From NCBI GenBank assembly GCA_038061035.1, contig JBBUAC010000023.1, positions 1 through 37,823 of the forward strand: a stretch of DNA of 37,823 bases. The letters are read 5' to 3'. Each line of letters starts with the position of its first letter. Positions within the stretch are counted from its first letter, which is position 1. Under the pieces are notes generated by a model. That model was not told where the DNA came from. It did not search any database and saw nothing but the letters and a program-made list of their open reading frames with translations. This document shows positions 25,644-33,887 of this stretch, in pieces. The position numbers and the translations under genes were made by a program. The DNA comes from Patescibacteria group bacterium. GTDB taxonomy: Bacteria; Patescibacteriota; Minisyncoccia; Phycocordibacterales; UBA9973.

Positions 25644-25741
25644 TATAAACATATTTTTAAATAGCAATAACATACGATCGTATCTTATTGCTAAAATAAG
25701 GTGTAATAATTTTTTATCTAAAAATGCTATAATTTAATAAT

Positions 25742-28180
25742 ATGCAAGAAAAATTAGAAAAACCAAAACTACTAGTTTTACTTGACGCCCACGCAATAAT
25801 CCATCGGGCATATCATGCATTGCCTGACTTTTTATCTTCAAAAGGAGAGCCAACTGGTGCATTATATGGATTGGCGTCTATGTTGATGAAAATTATTACA
25901 GATTTGAAGCCAGATTACATAGTAGCTTGTTATGATTTACCACAAAAAACTTTTCGTCACGAAGCGTATAAAGAATATAAAAAAGGCAGAGCAAAAGCAG
26001 ACGAAGCATTAGTTTTGCAATTAATAAATTCTCGTCAAATTTTTGAAGCATTTGATATACCCATTTATGATGCGTTAGGGTTTGAGGCAGACGATGTATT
26101 AGGAACAATCGTGAAGAAAATGAAAAATAATAAGAGTATAAATATAATCATTGCATCAGGAGATATGGATACAATGCAATTGGTAGATGATAAAAAAGTA
26201 CAAGTATATACATTAAAAAAGGGAATAAATGACACCATTTTATATGATGAAAAAAAAATGATAGAACGATTTGGTTTTAAGCCAGAATTTTTACCAGATT
26301 ATAAAGGACTTCGCGGTGATTCATCAGACAATATCATAGGAATAAAAGGAATAGGAGAGAAAACAGCAACGACCTTGATAATAGAATTTGGAACTATTGA
26401 AGAAATGTATAAACAATTACGAACTAAGAATTACGAATTACGATTTAAAAATATTGGCATATCTCCAAGAATTTTAGAATTACTTAAAAATAACGAAGAA
26501 GAAGCTTTATTTTCAAAAACATTGGCAAAGATACGAACAGATGCACCTGTTGATTTTAAATTACCAGAGAAAACTTTTTGGGAAAATGCAGATTTAAAAA
26601 AAGTTGAAGAAATGTTTGTTAAATTTGAATTTAGAAGCTTATTGACTCGTTTAAAAAATTTTTTTGGAAATAATAATTCGAATTTACAGACATATGTTCT
26701 CCAGAATTCGCATTCTGTCTTGGAAGAGCAAGGTTTTTCTGGTCGTAGCGAAGATTCTTCCGAACATATCTCTGTAAATTCTGCGAAGTTTCAAGAAACG
26801 GCCATTGCGTTGTGGCTTATAAATTCCGAAATTACAAATCCTAAATTAGAAGATATTTTATCTTTTTCTAAAACAAATTCTTTTGAAGAAGCGAAAGAAT
26901 ATATTTTTGAAAAATTAAAAAATGATAAATTAGATAAGGTTTATAAAGAAATAGAATATCCTATTATTCCTATAGTAAAAAATATGGAAGATATTGGGAT
27001 TTTGATAGATAAAAAATATTTTGAAAATTTATCAAAAGAATATCATAAAGAATTGGATAAATTAACTCTCAAAATATATAAAATAGCAGGAACAGAGTTT
27101 AATATAAACTCACCAAAACAATTAGGAGAAGTTTTATTTGAAAAAATGGGAATACGTTCTGGTAAAAAAAGAGGAGCTAGTGGTAATTTATCAACTAAGA
27201 TTTCTGTATTGGAGGAATTAGAAGAAGAAAATCCAATTATTACTGAGATTATAAATTATAGAGAATTGCAGAAATTACTTTCTACTTATATTGATGTAAT
27301 CCCCAAAATGGTTTCTGATGATGGAAGATTGCATGCTAAATTTTTACAAAATGGAACAAGTACTGGCAGGTTTTCTTCACAAGACCCAAATTTACAAAAT
27401 TTGCCGATTAAAAGCGATCTTGGAAAAAGAATTAGATATGGATTTATTGCAAAAAATGGCTATAAACTCGCATCTTTTGATTATAGTCAAATAGAACTTC
27501 GTGTTGCAGCTATGCTCTCGGGAGATAAAAAAATGACACAAATATTTTGTGATAAAAAAGATATTCACTCTGGGGTGGCGTCTTTTGTTTTTAATGTTCC
27601 TCTTGAAAAAATAGACAGTGAAATGCGTCGCTCTGCTAAGGTAATAAACTTTGGCATTATTTATGGTATGGGTGTGTCTTCTTTGCGTAAAAGTCTAGGT
27701 GGTACACGGCCAGAGGCGCAAAAGTTTTATGATAATTATTTTAATCAATTTTCTGGTGTGGCAGATTATTTAAATAATGTAAAAGAATTTGCTACTAAGA
27801 ATTTATATACTGAGACTTTATTTGGCAGAAAAAGATATTTTGCTAATATAAATTCCAGAATTCCATTTTTAAAAAACATGGCAGAGCGTACTGCCACAAA
27901 TGCACCCATACAAGGTACAGCGGCGGATATAATAAAGCTTGCGATTTTATACGCAAATGAAGATCTAAAGAAAGAGAATTTGTTGTCTGATGCAAATCTC
28001 GTATTAGTAATTCATGATGAATTGGTTTATGAAATAAAAGAAGATATATTAGAAAGTGCTGAAAAAATAATTAAAAATGCAATGGAAGGAGTTCTGGAAA
28101 GGTCTTATATACATTACAAAAATGATATTCCCCTTACAGTGTATTCTGGTTCTGGAGATAATTTTGGAGAGGTAAAATAA
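25742..28180 (+). CDS. polA: DNA polymerase I (5' nuclease + polymerase domains; the 3'-5' exonuclease region is vestigial)
   Basis: 5'-nuclease GFEADDVLGT and GIKGIGEKTA. Polymerase motifs DYSQIELR, RRSAKVINFGIIYG, VIHDELV. Confidence 0.95.
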   Translation: MQEKLEKPKLLVLLDAHAIIHRAYHALPDFLSSKGEPTGALYGLASMLMKIITDLKPDYIVACYDLPQKTFRHEAYKEYKKGRAKADEALVLQLINSRQIFEAFDIPIYDALGFEADDVLGTIVKKMKNNKSINIIIASGDMDTMQLVDDKKVQVYTLKKGINDTILYDEKKMIERFGFKPEFLPDYKGLRGDSSDNIIGIKGIGEKTATTLIIEFGTIEEMYKQLRTKNYELRFKNIGISPRILELLKNNEEEALFSKTLAKIRTDAPVDFKLPEKTFWENADLKKVEEMFVKFEFRSLLTRLKNFFGNNNSNLQTYVLQNSHSVLEEQGFSGRSEDSSEHISVNSAKFQETAIALWLINSEITNPKLEDILSFSKTNSFEEAKEYIFEKLKNDKLDKVYKEIEYPIIPIVKNMEDIGILIDKKYFENLSKEYHKELDKLTLKIYKIAGTEFNINSPKQLGEVLFEKMGIRSGKKRGASGNLSTKISVLEELEEENPIITEIINYRELQKLLSTYIDVIPKMVSDDGRLHAKFLQNGTSTGRFSSQDPNLQNLPIKSDLGKRIRYGFIAKNGYKLASFDYSQIELRVAAMLSGDKKMTQIFCDKKDIHSGVASFVFNVPLEKIDSEMRRSAKVINFGIIYGMGVSSLRKSLGGTRPEAQKFYDNYFNQFSGVADYLNNVKEFATKNLYTETLFGRKRYFANINSRIPFLKNMAERTATNAPIQGTAADIIKLAILYANEDLKKENLLSDANLVLVIHDELVYEIKEDILESAEKIIKNAMEGVLERSYIHYKNDIPLTVYSGSGDNFGEVK
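26415..26446 (+). repeat. ATTACGA-heptad repeat half-element inside polA coding sequence
   Basis: AATTACGAACTAAGAATTACGAATTACGATTT. The 15-mer TAAGAATTACGAATT (26425-26439) is identical to 9988-10002. It encodes RTKNYELRF. Confidence 0.7.
26680..26781 (+). repeat. 102-nt palindromic element in frame inside polA
   Basis: GAATTTACAGACATATGTTC (26680-26699) against the reverse complement of 26762-26781 (GAATTTACAGAGATATGTTC) matches 19/20. There is further imperfect inner pairing. The length is 34 codons. Confidence 0.75.
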
Positions 28181-28203
28181 ATACCTTATGGTATAATATA
28201 TAT

Positions 28204-28668
28204 ATGGAAAATGAGATAAATAAAACAAATACTGTGCATCATACATTGGCACATTCATATATTGTTTATTTTTTAATATTAATTATAGGTATTTCTTTGG
28301 ATTTATTTTTTCCTATTAAGATTTTTCACAACTCTTTTGCATTACCTTTTGGTTTCATATTCTTATTACTTGCTACACTTATTGTTCTTTGGGCACAGAA
28401 AAGTTCTAGAGATTTATTAAAAAAAGAAAATGTTACAAAAGAACATTTTTGTCGAGGACCGTATTGCTATACTAGGACACCCACACATTGGGGCTTACTC
28501 TTCCTCGCACTTGGACTCGGTTTTATATTAAACGCCTTTTTTGTAATTGTTTTTAGTTTGTTTTCTTTTATTATTACAAAAATTACCCTTGTGAAAAAGC
28601 AAGAGAAATTTCTTGAAAATAAATACGGCGCTCCATATATGGAATATAAAAAAACAGTGAGATTTTAA
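28204..28668 (+). CDS. Membrane methyltransferase of the ICMT/PEMT-like family
   Basis: Multi-TM protein with GPYCYTRTPTHWGLLFLALG, which resembles the GPY..RHP.Y motif. Confidence 0.65.
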   Translation: MENEINKTNTVHHTLAHSYIVYFLILIIGISLDLFFPIKIFHNSFALPFGFIFLLLATLIVLWAQKSSRDLLKKENVTKEHFCRGPYCYTRTPTHWGLLFLALGLGFILNAFFVIVFSLFSFIITKITLVKKQEKFLENKYGAPYMEYKKTVRF

Positions 28669-28818
28669 TAATATGAATTACAAAACTCTTTCTTGGTATA
28701 AGTTTTTGATAGACGCACATAAAAATCTGCTGATTTTTTGTTATGCTCGGCTCGCCAGCCTGTGCAATGTCTCTCAAAAACTATACCTGCGACGAGTTTT
28801 ATAATTCATTATTTAATT

Positions 28819-29466
28819 ATGATATATCTATTTGCGGGAGATGATACAAAAAGGAAAGTTTTAAATTATGAGAAATTTTTAGAATCTCTAGATAGTAATA
28901 TAGAGGTTTTTTTTATAAATAAAAAAGATTTTGACAATGAGCAAATTGAGAGTTTTTATTCAGGAGAGGGATTGTTTTTTTCTAAATGTGCAGTAATTTT
29001 TTCTGATGTTTTAGAAAAAGAAGAAATATTAAATTTTATATTGGAAAAATTAAATTTTTTAGGTGAATCAAATAATATATTTGTTTTTTTAGAAAATAAA
29101 CTAGATAAAACAATAATAGATGATTTTAAAAAAGCAAGAGCAGAACTAAATATTTTTGAATTATCAAAAGAAAAAAAAGAAAAATTTAATAATTTTTTAT
29201 TAGCAAATGCTTTTGGAGATAAAGATAAATTAAACCTTTGGATTTATTTTAGGCAAGCTATAGACAAAGGTGTAGGAATGGAAGAGCTTACAGGAGTTCT
29301 CCATTGGAAAATAAAAGATATGATTTTAAAGAAAAATTTTAGAAAATATTCTAAAATAGAATTGCAAAACATAGCAAACAAACTTTCTTATTTATTACCT
29401 GAAGCGAGAAAAAATGGATATGATGCGGAATCTGTTTTTGAACAGTTTTTATTGGAGATTTTTTAA
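28819..29466 (+). CDS. Possible DNA polymerase III delta subunit (HolA-like)
   Basis: MIYLFAGDD start typical of HolA, with a helical C-terminus. The ORF-track start at 28738 adds an implausible N-terminal extension. Confidence 0.45.
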   Translation: MIYLFAGDDTKRKVLNYEKFLESLDSNIEVFFINKKDFDNEQIESFYSGEGLFFSKCAVIFSDVLEKEEILNFILEKLNFLGESNNIFVFLENKLDKTIIDDFKKARAELNIFELSKEKKEKFNNFLLANAFGDKDKLNLWIYFRQAIDKGVGMEELTGVLHWKIKDMILKKNFRKYSKIELQNIANKLSYLLPEARKNGYDAESVFEQFLLEIF

Positions 29467-29470
29467 AAAA

Positions 29471-29671
29471 TTATTCTTTATCTTTATCTTTATTTTTATC
29501 TAAATCCTTTACAGCTTTTTTTAAGTCTTCTTTCCATTCTTCAAATATTTTTTTTACTTCTTCTAAACCTTTATCATCATCAGAAAAAAACCTTTCTTTT
29601 TTTTGGGGAAAAACAGTTTCATTATATTTTTTTTCTTCTTCCTTTCTTGATTTTGGTTCTTTTTCTGTCAT
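29471..29671 (-). CDS. Small Lys/Glu-rich hypothetical protein
   Basis: 66-aa low-complexity charged ORF downstream of tRNA-Lys. Confidence 0.35.
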   Translation of the reverse strand: MTEKEPKSRKEEEKKYNETVFPQKKERFFSDDDKGLEEVKKIFEEWKEDLKKAVKDLDKNKDKDKE

Positions 29672-29717
29672 AAAATTTATATTTAATTAATAATAAAAAT
29701 AACACACATTACTTCCT

Positions 29718-29790
29718 GTCCGCTCGGTAGGAATCGAACCTACGACCATCTCCTTAAAAGGGAGCTGCTCTACCGACTGAGCTACGAGCG
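29718..29790 (-). tRNA. tRNA-Lys (anticodon UUU)
   Basis: Hand-folded cloverleaf: acceptor CCGCTCG/CGAGCGG, D arm GCTC-AGTCGGTA-GAGC, anticodon loop CTTTTAA, T arm GTAGG-TTCGATT-CCTAC. No CCA is encoded. Confidence 0.85.
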
Positions 29791-29847
29791 GATATATTTA
29801 TTTAACCGAAAGAACAAATCTCGTGAATAATCTATTGAAGCCGCTAC

Positions 29848-29865
29848 AACTGAGCTACGAGCGGA
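29848..29865 (-). repeat. Duplicated 18-nt fragment of the tRNA-Lys 5' part
   Basis: ACTGAGCTACGAGCGGAT is identical to 29775-29792. The surrounding sequence does not fold as a tRNA. Confidence 0.75.
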
Positions 29866-29932
29866 TTATAATAACAAATTTAAATATATAGCAAATATAC
29901 TTTAAAATCAAGAAAGATGTTAAAATAAAAAT

Positions 29933-30067
29933 ATGCTAGCAGTAAATAAACCACTTGTATATTTATTGATTATCACAATTATAGGTTCATTTTTTGCTTT
30001 TAGAATTATCACAAAAGCATACAATGTATATGATGATAATTATTATTTAGAAACTTATGGTAAATAA
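29933..30067 (+). CDS. Possible 44-aa single-TM peptide
   Basis: My own translation gives MLAVNKPLVYLLIITIIGSFFAFRIITKAYNVYDDNYYLETYGK. It overlaps the trmH-like start. Confidence 0.3.
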   Translation: MLAVNKPLVYLLIITIIGSFFAFRIITKAYNVYDDNYYLETYGK

Positions 30068-30545
30068 GTTTTTAAAAGAAAATATTGTAATACTTCATAA
30101 TATACGAAGTATAGAAAATGTTGGTGCAATGTTTCGTACTTGTGACGCTGTAGGTATAGATAAAATATATTTATCTGGATACACTCCGACACCACTTGAT
30201 AGATTTGGCAGAAAAAGAAAAGATTTAGCAAAGTCTGCACTAGGGGCAGAGGAATTTGTGCCATGGGAGCAGAAGAAAAATTTTTTTTCTTTAATAAAAA
30301 AACTTAAAATACAGGGTTTTAATATTATAGGGATAGAGCAAGATAAAAATTCTGTGAATTATAAAAAATTAAATTTTAAATTAAAAGATAAAAATGTTTT
30401 TATTGTTGGGTCAGAAGTTACAGGTATATCAAAAAATATTTTAACAAAGTGTAGTGTTATAGTTGAGATACCAATGAAAGGTAAAAAAGAATCTCTTAAT
30501 GTATCTGTAGCACTGGGTGTAGTTTTATTTTCTAGTATAATATAA
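30057..30545 (+). CDS. SpoU/TrmH family RNA 2'-O-methyltransferase
   Basis: NIRSIENVGAMFRTCDAVG, GSEVTGIS, IPMKGKKESLNVSVALGVVLF (SPOUT knot motifs). Confidence 0.85.
   Translation: MVNKFLKENIVILHNIRSIENVGAMFRTCDAVGIDKIYLSGYTPTPLDRFGRKRKDLAKSALGAEEFVPWEQKKNFFSLIKKLKIQGFNIIGIEQDKNSVNYKKLNFKLKDKNVFIVGSEVTGISKNILTKCSVIVEIPMKGKKESLNVSVALGVVLFSSII
30487..30536 (+). repeat. 50-bp direct repeat, left copy (3' end of the trmH-like gene)
   Basis: AAGAATCTCTTAATGTATCTGTAGCACTGGGTGTAGTTTTATTTTCTAGT is identical to 37663-37712. Confidence 0.95.
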
Positions 30546-30550
30546 AGATT

Positions 30551-33436
30551 ATGTTTCTTTTGTTAAAAAAGACATTGAAATTTGTAATTATAATTATTAT
30601 AGTCATTTTCACCTTTTCTGGATCAATTTTTATATCAGCATTTTTTGCACAGTTTATTATCAATATGCAAAATGTGGATATTACACTCGGTTCACTTGAG
30701 AGTTCAGATACTGAATTCACAGTTTCTTTTGCTCCATCTTCTGGTGTAAATAATGAGTCATATCGTATCACTGCATTTTCTAATTGTAATCAAAATGAAT
30801 ATGATGATTTTGGAAATTGTATTGATCTTGTTCCTAATTTATGCCCATATCTTTCTCTCCAGCCAAAGAACGAAGAGATAACAGAAATTGGTTTTACTCA
30901 AAACTTATCTGATTTTCAAGCCACGGGTCAATTAAATAATCCTGATGATGAAATTGATATATGGAATCTCTCAATTAAATCCCCGTGTTTTGAAGGAGAA
31001 TGCCCCACCGATTATGATGAATTTCAAAATGGTGCTCCGTTGCCACAAATACTTAAAAACCAAACCTTTAAATGCGTTCTTTCTGTAGAAACAAGTGACA
31101 TTCCCGAACTTGTTAAAAATTATTTAGAAAAAAATATTATTTATGCAGATGATTTTATAAATTCTCTTGAGGTGTCGGCAATATTTACAGGAGAACTTCC
31201 AGGTTGTATCACTGATTGTTTTTCAAATGTTTTATTTTTGCCTGGGATGATGGGGTCAAAACTTTATGAAGCAGGACTTGATTGTGATGATGTATTTGTA
31301 GGAAATGAATGTGGAGATAAAACTATATGGGTTTCTATATTTGATAATTTACAAAAAAAGCTTTCGCTTGATGCACTAGGAAAAAGTATTAACAACCTTT
31401 TTACTAAAAATGATACCCAATATGACGGGGGAAATGAAATGGGTATTATAGACGAGATAGGTGTTTTTAATATTTATAAATCTTTTATTTCTGATTTAAA
31501 GAAGTGGAAAGAAGAGGAAAAAATAATAGAGGACTATGCTTTTATTCCGTATGACTGGAGATTGTCGCTAGAAGATATTATTTCAAATGGAAAAGTTTTA
31601 GAAGAAAATCTTTCATATACAAATTCTCAAAATTTTGAAGAATCATTTATTTTAAAAAAATTAGAAGAACTTCAAAAAACTTCCAAATCAGGCAAGGTCA
31701 CTATTCTAGCTCACTCTAATGGTGGTTTAGTGACTAAAGCATTGATGCAAAAATTAAAAGATACAAACAATCCTCTCTATGAAAAAATAGACAAAATTAT
31801 TTTTGTAGCTGTGCCTCAAGTTGGAACACCAGAAGCATTTGTGAGTTTGCTTCATGGAGTAAAAGTTGGCAAGGGATTTGTAATGAATGCTGACATGGCT
31901 CGCAACTTGGCTGAAAATATGCCGACAATTTATAATTTACTTCCTTCAGAGAATTATTTTACCAATCTTCAAATTCCATTTACTTTAGATAAACTAATAT
32001 CGTTTCAAGATAAAGAAATATTTAAAAAAGAAATATCTAAATATGATTTAATGATAGATAATTATTCAGAACTTAAAGCATATATTTTAGGAAAAGAAGA
32101 AAGAGACAAACCATCATTTGAAGATACAAGGAATCCAAATATTGGTAACTCTTTTTTATATGATCAAGCACAAGCCGTGCATCAAATATTGGATAATTGG
32201 CAACCATCATCAGAAACTAAAGTTATACAAATAGCTGGTTGGGGAGAGGAAACTATAGCAAGCATAGAATACAAAGAATATATTACTAGAGAATGTAAGG
32301 ATGGTATTTGCGGACCAAGTTCAAAAATTTCTTATAAAATTAAAAAAGTCATTGACGGCGACGGAACTGTTGTTGTCCCCAGTACTCTTTTTATGTCTCC
32401 ATCAGAAAACATTGAGAGATGGTGGGTGGATTTGAAAGAAATTAATCGTGGTAAATTAAGAAAATATAATCATAAAGACATTTTAGAAATCCCAAACTTA
32501 AGAGATTTTATTAAATCTAAAACAAAAGATGAAGTTTTGTTTATTGATTCAGAAAATATTGTTTTAAACAATAATTTAAATCTTAAATCAAGTAAATCTC
32601 GTCTCCACTTTCAACTCCACTCACCGTTATACCTTGGAATAATTGATAATGAAGGAAGATATACAGGTATTGACCCAATTACAAAAGAAATAAAGGAAGA
32701 AATTCCAGATGTTACATATCAACAAATAGGCGAAGTACAATTTCTTTCTATTTCATATGGATTAGAATATACATTAAAACTTCAAGGTTATACTGAAGGT
32801 AGTTTTTCTTTAGATATAGACAAACAAGAAGGGAATGAAATAACAGAGTCTGCTTCATTTCAAGGTATTCCATCAGACTCTAATACTTTAGCTACTTTAG
32901 CAATAGATACAAATTTCAAAGTAGGAGATTCTGTATTAAATATTGATAATAATGGAGATAAAACAACTGACATTACTTTAATAGCTATATTAAATGGGAC
33001 AACATTATACGAAGAGTCAAAAGAATTATCATCTAAATCAATAATTTATTCTGGAAATTCCCAAGAAAATCCATCTGCGTCCGGAGCAGTAAATATATTT
33101 ATGATTGCACAAAATAATAAAACAGATAATATTGTGTATGAAGAAAATATAGAGCAAATAAAAAATCAAATAGAGAAAAAAGAAGAAGTTTCTGAAATAA
33201 ATATAGTAAATAATAAAATTAAAAAGAATAATTTTAAACCAAAGATAGAAGTTGCAAAAAATATAGAAGATAATTTAAAAACACCACAAAAAACAGAAGT
33301 AGAATCAAAAAATGAAGTTTTTCCACTTCAAGCTTCAGTGGTAGAATTTAACACAAATAATTCAGCAAAATTGCCAATAATTATTGTTTCTTTGTTTTTA
33401 GTCGGTATTATTATTTTTAAATTTATTAAGGTATAA
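30551..33436 (+). CDS. Large cell-surface protein with an LCAT/PGAP1-like alpha/beta-hydrolase (lipase/acyltransferase) domain
   Basis: N-terminal and C-terminal TM segments and a Cys-rich N-terminal region. FLPGMMGSKLYE, nucleophile elbow ILAHSNGGL, DGDGTVVVP, and a later NHKDIL as candidate His. Confidence 0.6.
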   Translation: MFLLLKKTLKFVIIIIIVIFTFSGSIFISAFFAQFIINMQNVDITLGSLESSDTEFTVSFAPSSGVNNESYRITAFSNCNQNEYDDFGNCIDLVPNLCPYLSLQPKNEEITEIGFTQNLSDFQATGQLNNPDDEIDIWNLSIKSPCFEGECPTDYDEFQNGAPLPQILKNQTFKCVLSVETSDIPELVKNYLEKNIIYADDFINSLEVSAIFTGELPGCITDCFSNVLFLPGMMGSKLYEAGLDCDDVFVGNECGDKTIWVSIFDNLQKKLSLDALGKSINNLFTKNDTQYDGGNEMGIIDEIGVFNIYKSFISDLKKWKEEEKIIEDYAFIPYDWRLSLEDIISNGKVLEENLSYTNSQNFEESFILKKLEELQKTSKSGKVTILAHSNGGLVTKALMQKLKDTNNPLYEKIDKIIFVAVPQVGTPEAFVSLLHGVKVGKGFVMNADMARNLAENMPTIYNLLPSENYFTNLQIPFTLDKLISFQDKEIFKKEISKYDLMIDNYSELKAYILGKEERDKPSFEDTRNPNIGNSFLYDQAQAVHQILDNWQPSSETKVIQIAGWGEETIASIEYKEYITRECKDGICGPSSKISYKIKKVIDGDGTVVVPSTLFMSPSENIERWWVDLKEINRGKLRKYNHKDILEIPNLRDFIKSKTKDEVLFIDSENIVLNNNLNLKSSKSRLHFQLHSPLYLGIIDNEGRYTGIDPITKEIKEEIPDVTYQQIGEVQFLSISYGLEYTLKLQGYTEGSFSLDIDKQEGNEITESASFQGIPSDSNTLATLAIDTNFKVGDSVLNIDNNGDKTTDITLIAILNGTTLYEESKELSSKSIIYSGNSQENPSASGAVNIFMIAQNNKTDNIVYEENIEQIKNQIEKKEEVSEINIVNNKIKKNNFKPKIEVAKNIEDNLKTPQKTEVESKNEVFPLQASVVEFNTNNSAKLPIIIVSLFLVGIIIFKFIKV

Positions 33437-33445
33437 TATATTTAT

Positions 33446-33859
33446 ATGAATAAAATTATTGAGTGGTTTACAAGAAAGAAATTAATTATAGTAAGTATAT
33501 TATCATTGATATTATTATTTTTAATTGAAGTAGATAATGTAACTCATTTTTTATGTAAATTAAAAAATTATAAGTGTTATGATTTATTTGATTTTATTTT
33601 TTTGATACTTCTTTTTTTTGTATTATTATCAATACCAATTTTATTAACTTTTATTTTTAAAAATAAAGATATTTTTGATTTTTGGAAAAAAACTTTATTT
33701 ATCTATTTTTTTATTTATCTATTTTTTATTATATTAGTTCCTTGGAATTGGGGAGATGTATATTTACCAATATATAAAGGAACTGTTGCATTAGCTTTAA
33801 ATATTTTATTTTTAATTTTCTCTATTATTTTTATTATTTATAAATCCATCAAAAAATAA
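33446..33859 (+). CDS. Polytopic membrane protein of unknown function
   Basis: 137 aa with about 4 hydrophobic segments. TATAAT lies 8 nt upstream of the ATG. Confidence 0.5.
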   Translation: MNKIIEWFTRKKLIIVSILSLILLFLIEVDNVTHFLCKLKNYKCYDLFDFIFLILLFFVLLSIPILLTFIFKNKDIFDFWKKTLFIYFFIYLFFIILVPWNWGDVYLPIYKGTVALALNILFLIFSIIFIIYKSIKK

Positions 33860-33887
33860 GTCATTTTTGTGCTAGAATAGGATTTAT

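Noticed and set aside
28745-28800. Further member of the GC-rich hairpin family (GCTCGGCTCGCCAGCCTGTGC … CCTGCGACGAG)
   Set aside because: The region is locally GC-rich, but I could not find a convincing stem or a shared string with the tsaE/22581 elements.
28738-28818. N-terminal extension of the holA-like ORF (MLCSARQPVQCLSKTIPATSFIIHYLI)
   Set aside because: The extension has no counterpart in the family and covers a probable promoter (TATAAT at 28805-28810). The internal ATG at 28819 gives the typical MIYLFAGDD start.
29796-29870. A second tRNA gene next to tRNA-Lys
   Set aside because: Only 18 nt match the tRNA. I could not form a D stem, a T arm or a 3' acceptor strand.
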